DNA from: Acidimicrobiia bacterium
Lineage (GTDB): Bacteria > Actinomycetota > Acidimicrobiia > Acidimicrobiales > VFJN01
Assembly (NCBI GenBank): GCA_046565645.1
Contig: JBKHYD010000036.1
Coordinates: 66,630 to 130,629 of the forward strand
DNA length: 64,000 bases
Direction: 5' to 3'
Every line of letters begins with the position of its first letter. Positions within the stretch are counted from its first letter, which is position 1. This document shows positions 1 to 9,459 of this stretch, piece after piece. The notes beneath the pieces were generated by a model. That model saw only the letters and a list, made by a program, of their open reading frames with translations. It had not been told where the DNA came from and did no database searches. Made by a program: the position numbers and the translations under genes.

Positions 1-696
1 GTAGACGTGGCAGTTGCCGTCGCCGTCGATGACGTAGGGGACGGTGGCGTTGTCGAGGATCGAGCGGATGAGCTTGGGACCACCCCGAGGGATGAGCACG
101 TCGATCGACTGGCGAAGCCGCATGAACTCGACCGCGGCCTCGTAGCTCGTGTCCTCCACGAGGACGAGCGAGTCGACCGGGAGACCGGCCTTGGCCAGGC
201 CCTCGCGGAGCGCACCGGCGATCGCGATGTTGGACTGGATGGCCCCCGAGGAGCCGCGGAGGAACGCCGCGTTGCCCGACTTCAGGCACAGTCCGAACGC
301 GTCGCTGGTGACGTTCGGGCGGTTCTCGTAGATGATCGCCACGACGCCGAGGGGGACCCGAACCCGCTGGACCCGCAGCCCGTTCGGCCGGGTCCAGCCG
401 TCGGCGACCTCGCCGACCGGGTCGGGCAGGGCGGCCACCTTGCGCAGCCCGGCGGCCATCGCCTCCAGGCGGGCCTCGGAGAGCCGGAGGCGGTCGATGA
501 CCGTGGCCGTGGTGCCGGCCGCCTCGGCCGCGACCACGTCGCGGGCGTTCGCCTCGAGGATGTCGGCCTGGCGGTCGAGGAGGAGGTCGGCGGCGGCGTG
601 GAGGGCGGCGTCCTTGGTCTGGGTGGAGGCGGACGCGAGCACCCGGCTCGATGCCTTGGCCCGCGCTCCGAGGTCGGCGATCGGCTCCGCGGTCAT
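1..696 (-). CDS. proA: gamma-glutamyl phosphate reductase, N-terminal 232 codons; 3' end runs off the left window edge
   Basis: Own reverse-strand translation from ATG 696-694: MTAEPIADLGARAKASSRVLASASTQTKDAALHAAADLL ... IPRGGPKLIRS ... GDGNCHVY. The frame is open to nt 1. It is absent from the ORF track because there is no stop in the window. Replaces the Arg/Gly-rich + ORF 7..1266. Confidence 0.9.
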   Translation of the reverse strand, partial: MTAEPIADLGARAKASSRVLASASTQTKDAALHAAADLLLDRQADILEANARDVVAAEAAGTTATVIDRLRLSEARLEAMAAGLRKVAALPDPVGEVADGWTRPNGLRVQRVRVPLGVVAIIYENRPNVTSDAFGLCLKSGNAAFLRGSSGAIQSNIAIAGALREGLAKAGLPVDSLVLVEDTSYEAAVEFMRLRQSIDVLIPRGGPKLIRSILDNATVPYVIDGDGNCHVY

Positions 697-775
697 GGCC
701 CGAGTGTAGGAGCCCGCCCCGCCCCCGCCCGAGCCCGACCCGCCGCCCGGGCAGGCACGGCGAGGAGCTGGCGGG

Positions 776-2284
776 GTGGCAGGCTGGGCGGATGGAGCGC
801 GTGGGGGCCCGGTGAACGACTCGCTGGTGCCGGCTACCGGCCGCTTCGTGGACGAGGTCGGTCACGCCCTCGCGGCAGTGAGCGCCGACCTCACCACGAA
901 CGCCGCAGCCAAGGCGGCGGTGTCGGACGAGCGATGGCACCACGACGCCGCCCTCGAGGCGTTCAACCTCACGTGCTCGCTGGTCTCCCTGGACGGTCGG
1001 CTCAGCGACGACGAGCTCTGGGCGCTCCTCGAGGCGTTCGCGCCGCGCCTGCGGACCCGCCTCGGCGGCTCCACCCCGGCCGCCCTGCGGGACAGCGGCC
1101 TGGTCACGGCCCAGCGCAGCTTCGTGGAGCAGCGCTCGCCGCTCCTCGAGGTGCTGGTGGCCGCCGACCTCCGACACGGCACCACCTGGACGCGCACCTA
1201 CCACGATGCGGCGGTGGACCTCGCCTTCGCGGTCGCCGCGCTCGACCTGCACACCTCGCGGGCTGAGCTCGAGGGCATCGAGCGGCTCCGGCGCACCCTG
1301 CTCGACGCCGTGGCCGAGGCGTCGGCCGGTCCGCCGCGCCCACCGCCCGCCGCTCCTGCCCGAGGGCCAGATCCCGCGGCGGGGTCGGTCGGCACCCAGG
1401 CGGCCACCCACCCGGCGGCCGACCCGGCCGCGGAGGCGGACGAGCCGCCCCGGCCCCTGGACGAGCTGCTCGCCGAGCTGGACCAGCTGATCGGCCTCGA
1501 CGACGTGAAGCACGAGGTGAAGCTGGTCGCCAACCTGATCCGGGTTCAGAGGATCCGGGCCGAGCGCGGGCTCCCGGTGCTCGACCAGAGCCGGCACCTG
1601 ATCTTCACCGGCAACCCCGGCACCGGGAAGACGACCGTGGCCCGGCTCCTCGCCCAGATCTACCGGACCCTCGGCGTCGTGGCCCGCGGCCACCTGGTCG
1701 AGACCGACCGAGCGGGGCTCGTGGCCGGCTACGTGGGGCAGACCGCGCCGCTCGTGACCGCCCGCTTCGACGAAGCCGACGAGGGGGTCCTGCTCATCGA
1801 CGAGGCGTACTCGCTCGTGCGGGGCGGGGAGCGGGACTTCGGCCGCGAGGCCATCGACATGATCGTGAAGCTGATCGAGGACCGGCGGGACCGGATCGTG
1901 GTGGTCATGGCCGGCTACCCCGACGAGATGGACGAGCTGATCGCCGCCAACCCGGGGCTGCGGTCCCGCTTCCCGAAGGTCATCCACTTCCCCGACTACA
2001 CGACCGACGAGCTCCTCGGGATCATCGACCTCACCGGCACGAAGGCCGGGTACCGGCTCGACCCGGGCGCTCGGGCTCGGGCGCGGATCTGGCTCGACGC
2101 CGTGCCCCGGAACCGCGGCTTCGGGAACGGCCGGACGGGCCGGAACCTCTTCGAGCACGCGGTCGCCGCCCATGCGACCCGCCTCGCCGACGTCGAGCAC
2201 CCCACCGACGCGCAGCTCACCACCATTCTGGCCGACGACGTCCCGATGCCCGGCCAGGGCCCGGTCACCGCCTCCCGCCGCTGA
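776..2284 (+). CDS. AAA+ ATPase (CbbX/SpoVK/EccA-like) with an N-terminal helical domain and a Pro/Ala-rich linker
   Basis: Walker A GNPGTGKTTVARLL and Walker B VLLIDEAYSL; the module ...MAGYPDEMDELIAANPGLRSRF is typical of the CbbX/SpoVK subfamily. GTG start at 776; an alternative GTG lies at 812. Confidence 0.8.
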   Translation: MAGWADGARGGPVNDSLVPATGRFVDEVGHALAAVSADLTTNAAAKAAVSDERWHHDAALEAFNLTCSLVSLDGRLSDDELWALLEAFAPRLRTRLGGSTPAALRDSGLVTAQRSFVEQRSPLLEVLVAADLRHGTTWTRTYHDAAVDLAFAVAALDLHTSRAELEGIERLRRTLLDAVAEASAGPPRPPPAAPARGPDPAAGSVGTQAATHPAADPAAEADEPPRPLDELLAELDQLIGLDDVKHEVKLVANLIRVQRIRAERGLPVLDQSRHLIFTGNPGTGKTTVARLLAQIYRTLGVVARGHLVETDRAGLVAGYVGQTAPLVTARFDEADEGVLLIDEAYSLVRGGERDFGREAIDMIVKLIEDRRDRIVVVMAGYPDEMDELIAANPGLRSRFPKVIHFPDYTTDELLGIIDLTGTKAGYRLDPGARARARIWLDAVPRNRGFGNGRTGRNLFEHAVAAHATRLADVEHPTDAQLTTILADDVPMPGQGPVTASRR

Positions 2285-2431
2285 CCGCCCCGCGCCGGCC
2301 CCTGCATCGTCACCCCGGGGCGTCCGGCCTCGGCCCCCGGCCGGTCCTCCTGCGTCGGCCCACCGCGGCCTCCGGGGTCGGTCCGCACCCCAGCCGAGGG
2401 AGCCTCGGCCGCTCCGCGGCGGGTCGATAGC

Positions 2432-3373
2432 GTGACCGGCATGGCGAAGCGGGTGCTGGCGATCGTGGGAGCGATCGCGATCGTGCTCGCCGCGACGGCC
2501 ATCCGGGCCGCCTGGACAGACGGCGACGACGGACAGCGCGGCGGCGGGGCCACCGCGCTGTCCGTCGTCTGCGACCCCGACCTGGCCGCCGCCTGCCAGC
2601 AGCTCGGAGACGGCGTCCGGGTGGAGGTGCAGGACTCCGAGGAGACCAGCCAGGCGCTCGTCGAGGGCGAGCTCGGAGACGTGGACGCCTGGGTCACCAC
2701 CAGCGCCTGGACCGAGCTCACCGCCGCCCGCCTGACCGACGGCCGCGACGCCCTCGGTGCCGTCCGACGGCTGGCGTCCGCCGAGGTGGCGGTGGCCACG
2801 ATCGACACGCGCGCGCCTGTGCTCATCGGCCACTGCGGGCCCACCCCGATCTGGCGCTGCCTCGGCGACGTCGCCGGCCAGCCCTGGACCGCCCTCGGGG
2901 GGCTCGACCCGTGGGGTGACGTTCGCACCGGGCTGCCCGACGCCGACACCGCCACCGGGCTGGCGGTGCTGGCCGCCGTGGCCGTCGGGTACTTCGAGGG
3001 CCCGGCCTTCGCAGCCAACGACTTCGCCGGGTTCGACACGTGGCTGGCTCGGCTGGCTGACCCCTCGGGCTCCGGGGACCGGGACGTGCTGGCCACGCTG
3101 GTCCGGCGGCGGGGCACCTACGACGCCGGCGGCGTCCTGCGCCACGCGGCGGCCGAGCGGCCCGAGGTGGAGGTGCTCGACACCCTCCCGGCGGTGTCGG
3201 TCGACGCCGTGATCGCCCCGCTCGGCGACCCGTCCACCGGACCCCTCGTCGACGACCTCCGGGCCGCGCTGGTGGACGAGGGCTGGCGGGCCGCCGACGG
3301 CGACCCCGTGCCGCTGCTGGGGCGTGGCGTCATGGGTGCTCTCCACGCCCTCTGGAAGGATGTGACCCGATGA
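2432..3373 (+). CDS. membrane-anchored/secreted hypothetical protein, solute-binding-protein-like
   Basis: N-terminal hydrophobic anchor (VLAIVGAIAIVLAATAI). High GC3 coding pattern. Stop overlaps the next start (ATGA at 3370-3373). Confidence 0.6.
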   Translation: MTGMAKRVLAIVGAIAIVLAATAIRAAWTDGDDGQRGGGATALSVVCDPDLAAACQQLGDGVRVEVQDSEETSQALVEGELGDVDAWVTTSAWTELTAARLTDGRDALGAVRRLASAEVAVATIDTRAPVLIGHCGPTPIWRCLGDVAGQPWTALGGLDPWGDVRTGLPDADTATGLAVLAAVAVGYFEGPAFAANDFAGFDTWLARLADPSGSGDRDVLATLVRRRGTYDAGGVLRHAAAERPEVEVLDTLPAVSVDAVIAPLGDPSTGPLVDDLRAALVDEGWRAADGDPVPLLGRGVMGALHALWKDVTR

Positions 3374-5220
3374 GCCCCTCGCGCCGCTTCGCCGTGCTCG
3401 CCGCCGTCCTCGCGGTGGGGCTCCTCGCGGCGGCCTGCACGGAGGTCTCCGACGACCGGGACGACGCCGCGCCCGGCGAGGGCGCCGACGGCAACGGCGG
3501 CGACGACCCTGGCGACTGCCTCGTCGTCGACGCCGCCGTGTCGTCCGAGAAGATCCAGCTCCTCACCGAGCTGGCGCGCGCCTTCAACGACAGCGACCGG
3601 GCCGAGGCGGACGGCCGCTGCGCCTTCGTGCGGGTGCAGTCCAAGGCCTCCGGGGGTGCCGCGCAGCTGCTGTCGAGCGGCTGGGACGAGGCCGCCGAGG
3701 GGCCCCGGCCGGTGATCTGGTCGCCCGCCGCGTCCAGCTGGGGGGCCGTGCTCAACCAGCGCCTCGCCGACCTCGGTGAGGACCCGATGGCCGGTGAATT
3801 CACCTCGTTCATGCTCACCCCGCTCGTGATCGCCATGCCCGAGCCGATGGCGGACGCGCTCGGGTGGCCCGAGGAGCCCATCGGCTTCGCCGACATCCTC
3901 GCCCTCGCCCGGGACCAGAGCGGCTGGGCCACCTACGGCCATCCCGAGTGGGGCCAGTTCCGCCTCGGCAAGACCAACCCGAACTTCTCGACCAGCGGGC
4001 TCTCGGCGCTCGTGGCGCAGGCCTACGCCGCCAACGGCAAGACCGCGGACCTGTCGATCGAGGACCTCCGCAAGCCGTCCACGGCCGAGTTCGCCCGCGG
4101 CGTCGAGTCCGCCGTCGTGCACTACGGCGACATCACGATGACGTTCCTCAACAACTGGTTCCGGGCCGACCAGCGCGGCAACCCGTTCGGGTACGTGTCG
4201 GCCGTCGCGGTCGAGGAGAAGTCGGTCATCGACTACAACCGCGGCGACCCCGACGGCGTCCTGCAGGAGGGCGAGGAGCCCCGTCCACCCCGGGTCCCGC
4301 TGGTGGCGATCTACCCGGAGGAGGGCACCCTCTACTCCGACAACCCCCTCTACGTGCTCGACGCCCCGTGGGTGGACGAGGCTGAAGCCGAGGCGGCGGC
4401 GGCGTTCGTGGAGTTCGTCCAGCTCCCCGAGAACCAGGAGAAGGTCCTCGAGTTCGGGTTCCGGCCCGGCAACCTGGACGTGGCGATCGACGACCCGATC
4501 AGCGCCGAGCACGGCGTGGACCCCAACCAGCCCGAGACGCTCCTCGAGGTGCCCAGCCCGGCGGTGCTGGCCCAGCTGCTCGACGACTGGGAGGACCAGC
4601 GCAAGCCGGCCCGGGTGCTCCTCGTGATGGACGTGTCCGGTTCGATGGGCGACATCGCCGACCCCGCCACCGGCGCCACCAAGCTCGACCTCGCCAAGGA
4701 GGCCACCATCGCGGCGCTGGCCGACTTCAACGACGACGACGAGGTCGGCCTGTGGATCTTCACCACCGGCCTCGGCGACGACGAGGCGGCCGAGCACGTC
4801 CCGCTCATCGAGCCGTCCAGGGTCGGCGACGTCCGCGAGCAGCTCCGCACCCGGATCCGGGGTCTCGTGCCGCTGAACGGCACCCCGCTCTACACGGCCA
4901 CGCTGGCCGCCTACGAGGAGCAGCTCGAGACGTACGACCCCGCCCGCATCAACGCCGTCGTGCTCCTCTCCGACGGCGTGAACGACGACGGCGAGACCAG
5001 CGACGACGACGACCAGCTGGCCGAGCTGCTGAGCCGCCTGTCGGCGGGCTCCGAGGGCCAGCAGACCCGCCCGGTCCGCGTGTTCCCGATCTCCTACGGC
5101 GAGGGGGCCGACCTCACCACCCTGCGCCGGATCGCCGAGGCCAGCCAGGCGGCCGTCTACGACTCCAGCGACCCCCGCAGCATCACCAAGGTGTTCGTGG
5201 CCGTGGTCTCCAACTTCTAG
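3370..5220 (+). CDS. substrate-binding and von Willebrand factor A (VWA) domain protein, lipoprotein-like
   Basis: Signal/lipobox-like LLAAAC. C-terminal VWA MIDAS signature VLLVMDVSGSMGD followed by ...GTPLY...LLSDGVNDDG. Confidence 0.8.
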   Translation: MSPSRRFAVLAAVLAVGLLAAACTEVSDDRDDAAPGEGADGNGGDDPGDCLVVDAAVSSEKIQLLTELARAFNDSDRAEADGRCAFVRVQSKASGGAAQLLSSGWDEAAEGPRPVIWSPAASSWGAVLNQRLADLGEDPMAGEFTSFMLTPLVIAMPEPMADALGWPEEPIGFADILALARDQSGWATYGHPEWGQFRLGKTNPNFSTSGLSALVAQAYAANGKTADLSIEDLRKPSTAEFARGVESAVVHYGDITMTFLNNWFRADQRGNPFGYVSAVAVEEKSVIDYNRGDPDGVLQEGEEPRPPRVPLVAIYPEEGTLYSDNPLYVLDAPWVDEAEAEAAAAFVEFVQLPENQEKVLEFGFRPGNLDVAIDDPISAEHGVDPNQPETLLEVPSPAVLAQLLDDWEDQRKPARVLLVMDVSGSMGDIADPATGATKLDLAKEATIAALADFNDDDEVGLWIFTTGLGDDEAAEHVPLIEPSRVGDVREQLRTRIRGLVPLNGTPLYTATLAAYEEQLETYDPARINAVVLLSDGVNDDGETSDDDDQLAELLSRLSAGSEGQQTRPVRVFPISYGEGADLTTLRRIAEASQAAVYDSSDPRSITKVFVAVVSNF

Positions 5221-5276
5221 CGCCACCCGGTCGACGGTCGTCGGGCTGCAGGGCCCGCTGCCGTAGCCTCACGCCC

Positions 5277-6062
5277 ATGGCGCTGTCGCTGCGGGACCGG
5301 TTCTTCTCGCCCCCCGTCGCGCGAGCCTTCACCTCACCGACCGGGATCCTCGCCCTCGGCGTCGGGGCCGGGCTCGGGATCCTGGCCGGCGGCGGCCTCG
5401 TCGCCGCCGTGGTCGGCGCCGCGCTCGCGTACGGCGCCCGCGTCGGCCTCGCCATCCCCCGGGGCGCCACCGAGGAGCGGATCGACCCGTTCGCCGTCGG
5501 CGAGCCGTGGCGGCACTACGTGCAGGACGCCCTCAGCGCGCAGCGGCGCTTCCGGGATGCGGTGCACCGGGCTCGTCGCGGGCCGCTGCACGAGCGCCTC
5601 CAGGAGATCGAAGCCCGGGTCGACACCGGCGTCCGCGAGGTGTGGCGCATCGCTCGGCGAGGTCACGACCTCGTGGATGCCCGCAAGCGGGTCGATCCCG
5701 ACACGATCCGCCGCGAGATCGCCGCCGCGCACGCCGACGCCGGACAGCCCTGGGCCCAGGACGAGGCGCGGGAGCGCACCATGGAGGCCCTCCAGGCCCA
5801 GCTGGCCACGGTGGAGCGGCTGGACCGGGTGATCGTCGACGCCGACAGCCGGCTCCGGCTCCTCAACGCCCGGCTCGACGAGGCCGCAGCCCGCACCATC
5901 GAGCTGTCGGTCCAGGCCCACGACGCCTCGGACCTGCGGGGCCTCGGACGCGACGTCGACAACATGGTCGACGAGATGGAGGCCCTGCGGCAGGCCATCG
6001 AGGAGACGAGCGGCAACCGACCCGGCGCGGACCCGGGTTCGGCGGTGGCGGGCCCGGCGTGA
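5277..6062 (+). CDS. hypothetical membrane protein with a long coiled-coil C-terminal region
   Basis: Internal ATG of track ORF 4752..6062 (MALSLRDRFFSPP...). Two Gly/Ala-rich hydrophobic segments, then Arg/Glu-rich helical sequence. Stop overlaps the murJ GTG (GTGA at 6059-6062). Confidence 0.6.
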   Translation: MALSLRDRFFSPPVARAFTSPTGILALGVGAGLGILAGGGLVAAVVGAALAYGARVGLAIPRGATEERIDPFAVGEPWRHYVQDALSAQRRFRDAVHRARRGPLHERLQEIEARVDTGVREVWRIARRGHDLVDARKRVDPDTIRREIAAAHADAGQPWAQDEARERTMEALQAQLATVERLDRVIVDADSRLRLLNARLDEAAARTIELSVQAHDASDLRGLGRDVDNMVDEMEALRQAIEETSGNRPGADPGSAVAGPA

Positions 6063-7762
6063 GCGAGGTCCCTCCCGCCTGGGAGGGCGAGGCCAGCGAC
6101 GCGCCGCGACCGGCTCCGGCCGACTCCCGCCGCGGTTCGCTCCTGGTGGCAGCCGGCATCCTCCTCTCGCGCCTCGCCGGGCTCGTCCGCGAGGTCGCCA
6201 TCGCCGGGTACCTCGGGGCGGGAGCGGCCGCCGACGCCTTCAAGGCGGCTCTGCGGATCCCGAACCTGCTCCAGAACCTGCTCGGCGAGGGCGTGCTGTC
6301 GGCATCGTTCATCCCGGTCTACGCGCGCCTCCTCGACGAGGACCGCCGCGAGGCGGGGCGGGTGGCCGGGGCGGTCGCCGGGCTGCTGTGCGCGCTCACC
6401 GGTGTGCTCGTCGTGGTGGGCGTGGTCCTCGCCCGACCGATCACCGTCCTCCTCACCCCCGGCTTCGAGGGCGAGCGCCTCGACCTGGCGGTGGACCTGC
6501 TGCGGATCATGTTCCCTGGCATCGGGTTCCTCGTCCTGTCGGCGTGGTGCCTCGGGATCCTGAACAGCCATCGTGAGTTCTTCCTCTCCTACGTGGCTCC
6601 GGTGCTGTGGAACGCCGCGCAGATCGCGATCGTGGTGACAGCCGGGCTCCTGGGCGCCAGCCGGACCGGGATCGCCACCGCCCTCGCCTGGGGCGTGCTG
6701 GTGGGCGGCGTGCTGCAGCTCGGCGTGCAGCTCCCCGCCGTCCGTCGCCTGGTCCGCGGCATGCGCCTGTCCCTCGACCACCGCTCCCCCGAGGTCCGCA
6801 ACGTGATCCGCCGGTTCACCCCGGTGGTGGTCGGGCGAGGCGTCGTCCAGGTCCTCACCTACGTCGACCTGGTCTTGGCGAGCCTCCTCGCCGTCGGCGC
6901 CGTGGCCGCCCTCACCTACGCGCAGGTGCTGTACCTCCTTCCGATCAGCCTCTTCGGGATGGCGGTGGCCGCCGCCGAGCTGCCGGAGCTCGCCCGCCTG
7001 GGGGCGGCGGGGCGGACCCGGATCCGGGAGCGCCTGGTGATCGGCATGGAGCGGGTCATTTTCTACGTCGCACCCACCGTGGCCGTCTACGTGCTCGCCG
7101 GCGACGTGGTCGTCGGGGCGCTGCTGGAGCGGGGCGAGTTCGATCCCGCCGACACCCGGCTCGTGTGGTTCGTCCTGGGCGCCTTCGCACTCGGGCTGCT
7201 CGGGACCACCCGGTCCCGGTTGCTCCAGAACGGGCTGTACGCCCTCGACCGCACGCGGCTGGTGGCGCGGATCGCCGTGCTGCGGGTGGCCCTGGCCGCG
7301 CTGATCGGCGCCGCGCTCATGTTCCCCCTCGACCGGTGGGCGATCTTGGGCTCGTCGGTCGAGCGCGAAGGGGATCTCGGCTTCTCCCCGCTGCCCGAGG
7401 CGCTGCGCCTCATGGAGGACGGCCCCCCGCGCCTCGGCGTGGTCGGCCTCGCGCTGGGGGCCGCGGTGTCGTCGTGGGTGGAGTACCGCATCCTGCGACG
7501 GGCCCTCGAGTGGCGGCTCGGCCCGTTCCCACCTCAGCGCAGCGCCGAGCGCTGGTCGCTGGTAGCTGCCCTCGCGGCCGGGATCCTGGCCGCCGGGATC
7601 CGCTCGGTGACCGACGACCTCCCCCGCCTCCTCGCCGCCGTCGTGGTCGTCGGGCCCGCCGCCCTCACCTACCTCGCCATCACCTCGTCCGTGCGGGTCC
7701 CGGAGGCGTCGGTCCTGGTGGACCGGATCCGCCGTTGGGTGCCCGGACCGCTCCGGCGCTGA
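6059..7762 (+). CDS. murJ: lipid II flippase MurJ/MviN
   Basis: Signature N-terminus ...LLVAAGILLSRLAGLVREVAIAGYLGAGAAADAFKAALRIPNLLQNLLGEGVLSASFIPVY and polytopic hydrophobic sequence throughout. GTG at 6059 is in frame within track ORF 5507..7762. Confidence 0.9.
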   Translation: MSEVPPAWEGEASDAPRPAPADSRRGSLLVAAGILLSRLAGLVREVAIAGYLGAGAAADAFKAALRIPNLLQNLLGEGVLSASFIPVYARLLDEDRREAGRVAGAVAGLLCALTGVLVVVGVVLARPITVLLTPGFEGERLDLAVDLLRIMFPGIGFLVLSAWCLGILNSHREFFLSYVAPVLWNAAQIAIVVTAGLLGASRTGIATALAWGVLVGGVLQLGVQLPAVRRLVRGMRLSLDHRSPEVRNVIRRFTPVVVGRGVVQVLTYVDLVLASLLAVGAVAALTYAQVLYLLPISLFGMAVAAAELPELARLGAAGRTRIRERLVIGMERVIFYVAPTVAVYVLAGDVVVGALLERGEFDPADTRLVWFVLGAFALGLLGTTRSRLLQNGLYALDRTRLVARIAVLRVALAALIGAALMFPLDRWAILGSSVEREGDLGFSPLPEALRLMEDGPPRLGVVGLALGAAVSSWVEYRILRRALEWRLGPFPPQRSAERWSLVAALAAGILAAGIRSVTDDLPRLLAAVVVVGPAALTYLAITSSVRVPEASVLVDRIRRWVPGPLRR

Positions 7763-7811
7763 CCGGTGCGGCGGTCGCGGCGGTCCGCGCACCAGGGTTA
7801 GGCTCGCCCGC

Positions 7812-8612
7812 ATGCTACGAGCACTCCGACGGTTCTGGAGTTACCTGGGCGCCAAGCTGAACATGAGCTTCAGCGAGAAGGCGGACCCGAAGGTCCAGCT
7901 GGAGCAGGCCATCACCGAGGCGCAGGACCAGCACCGCAAGCTCAAGGAGCAGGCGGCGATGGTCATCGCCAACCAGAAGCAGACCGAGATGCGCCTCGAA
8001 CGGTCGATGGACGAGCTCGAGAAGGTCTCCAACAACGCCCGCCAAGCCGTGCTCATGGCCGACGAAGCCCAGAGGTCGGGCGACGCCGCCAAGGTGGCCG
8101 AGTACACGGCCGCCGCCGAGTCCTTCGCCAACCGCCTCATCGCCCTCGAGCACGAGGTGGAGAGCCTGAAGGAGCTGGCCATGCAGGCCGCCCAGGCCTC
8201 CGATCAGGCAAAGGCCGCGGTGCAGCAGAACTCGGCGCAGCTGCAGAAGAAGCTCTCCGAGCGCCAGAAGCTCCTGTCCCAGCTCGACCAGGCGAAGATG
8301 CAGGAGCAGGTCAACACGGCCATGGCCTCGCTGTCGGAGACCGTCGGCCAGGACGTCCCCACCTTCGACGAGGTGCGGGACAAGATCGAGGCCCGCTACG
8401 CCCGGGCCAAGGGCGCCTCGGAGCTGCAGGAGTCCTCGGTCGAGTCCCGCATGCTCGAGGTCGAGCAGGCCGCCGCCAACACCGAGGCCCAGGCCCGCCT
8501 GGCCCAGATCCGCGCCCAGCTCGGCATCGACCCCGCCGAGGCGGCGACGGAGCCTGCAGCCACCCCCCAGGCCGCCGCCGAGCCGGCCCCCGGCGACCAG
8601 CCCTCCACCTGA
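7812..8612 (+). CDS. pspA: PspA/IM30 family protein (phage-shock protein A-like)
   Basis: N-terminus RFWSYLGAKLNMSFSEKADPKVQLEQAITEAQDQHRKLKEQAA, coiled-coil throughout, Ala/Pro-rich tail. Confidence 0.85.
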   Translation: MLRALRRFWSYLGAKLNMSFSEKADPKVQLEQAITEAQDQHRKLKEQAAMVIANQKQTEMRLERSMDELEKVSNNARQAVLMADEAQRSGDAAKVAEYTAAAESFANRLIALEHEVESLKELAMQAAQASDQAKAAVQQNSAQLQKKLSERQKLLSQLDQAKMQEQVNTAMASLSETVGQDVPTFDEVRDKIEARYARAKGASELQESSVESRMLEVEQAAANTEAQARLAQIRAQLGIDPAEAATEPAATPQAAAEPAPGDQPST

Positions 8613-8624
8613 CCTTCGTCCCGC

Positions 8625-8775
8625 GTCGCGTGCGCAGATCGACGCCTGCCGTCGCCCTGCGCACGCGTGTCGGTAAGCGCACGCGACGCCACCGGCGGCC
8701 ATGCGCCGTCGCGTGCGCGAAGGTCCCGATGCCGTCGCTGAGCGCACGCGTGTCGCTTCGCGCACACCACGGGAC
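8625..8775. repeat. about 1.8 tandem copies of an 83-bp intergenic repeat (array A)
   Basis: GTCGCGTGCGC recurs at 8625 and 8708 (period 83). The roughly 58-nt core GTGCGC..CGACG..CGTCG..GCGCACGCGTGTCGG..GCGCACGC matches the reverse complement of the array B units. I counted 49/58 identical positions by hand. Confidence 0.8.
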
Positions 8776-8778
8776 CAG

Positions 8779-9390
8779 GTGACCGACACCGAAGGGCCGG
8801 GCGTCGGGCCGCACCCGCTGCCCTGGCCGGACGACGAGCGGCTCGACCCTGAGCTGCTGCGGGACGGCGACCACCGCAACGTGGTCGACCGCTACCGCTA
8901 CTGGCGGCTCGACGCGATCGTGGCCGACCTCGACCGCCGCCGGCATCCATTCCACGTCGCCATCGAGAACTGGACCAGCGACCTCAACATCGGGACGGTG
9001 GTCCGGAACGCGAACGCGTTCCTCGCCGCCAGCGTCCACATCGTCGGGAACCGTCGCTGGAACCGGCGAGGGGCGATGGTCACCGACCGCTACCAGCACG
9101 TCCTCCACCACCCGACCGTCGAGGACCTCGTGCGCTGGGCCGCGGACGGGAGGGTCCCCCTCGTTGGGATCGACAACCTCCCCGGGTCACGTCCCCTGGA
9201 GGCGGCGACGCTCCCTCGGGAGTGCGTCCTCGTCTTCGGCCGGGAAGGTCCTGGCCTGTCGGCCGCAGCTGCCGCCGCCTGCGAGGCCGTGTACTCGATC
9301 GCCCAGTTCGGCTCGACGAGGTCCATCAACGCTGGGGTGGCCAGCGGGATCGCGATGCACACCTGGATCCGCCAGCACGTCATCGGCTGA
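8779..9390 (+). CDS. TrmH/SpoU family RNA 2'-O-methyltransferase
   Basis: SpoU motifs NIGTVVRNANAF, VFGREGPGLS and IAQFGSTRSINAGVASGIAMH. Start placed at the in-frame GTG 8779 because the track start 8701 lies inside repeat array A. The start is uncertain. Confidence 0.8.
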   Translation: MTDTEGPGVGPHPLPWPDDERLDPELLRDGDHRNVVDRYRYWRLDAIVADLDRRRHPFHVAIENWTSDLNIGTVVRNANAFLAASVHIVGNRRWNRRGAMVTDRYQHVLHHPTVEDLVRWAADGRVPLVGIDNLPGSRPLEAATLPRECVLVFGREGPGLSAAAAAACEAVYSIAQFGSTRSINAGVASGIAMHTWIRQHVIG

Positions 9391-9459
9391 TCGGCGAGGT
9401 CAGGCGAGGGGCATCGACGACGGCCGACGTCCATGTGGGGAGCTGGCGGGAGCCTGGCC

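Noticed and set aside
7-1266. 419-aa + strand ORF covering the window start
   Set aside because: Arg/Gly/Ala/Pro-rich with no motifs. The opposite strand encodes a clean ProA N-terminus (1-696), and a different + frame encodes the AAA+ gene from 776. It is a typical GC-driven shadow ORF.
3118-5226. 702-aa minus-strand ORF antisense to the SBP-VWA gene. Similar giant antisense or alternate-frame ORFs include 5663..7813 -, 10537..12459 +, 20726..22903 +, 23440..26967 +, 26666..29131 +, 31656..34109 +, 32497..35631 -, 35537..38002 +, 37684..40044 +, 41831..44932 +, 57500..59719 + and 61940..63775 -.
   Set aside because: All are low-complexity (R/G/P/A/D/V-rich) and lack recognisable domains. 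Each overlaps, on the other strand or in another frame, a gene with clear family signatures. In roughly 70% GC DNA, stop codons are rare in non-coding frames.
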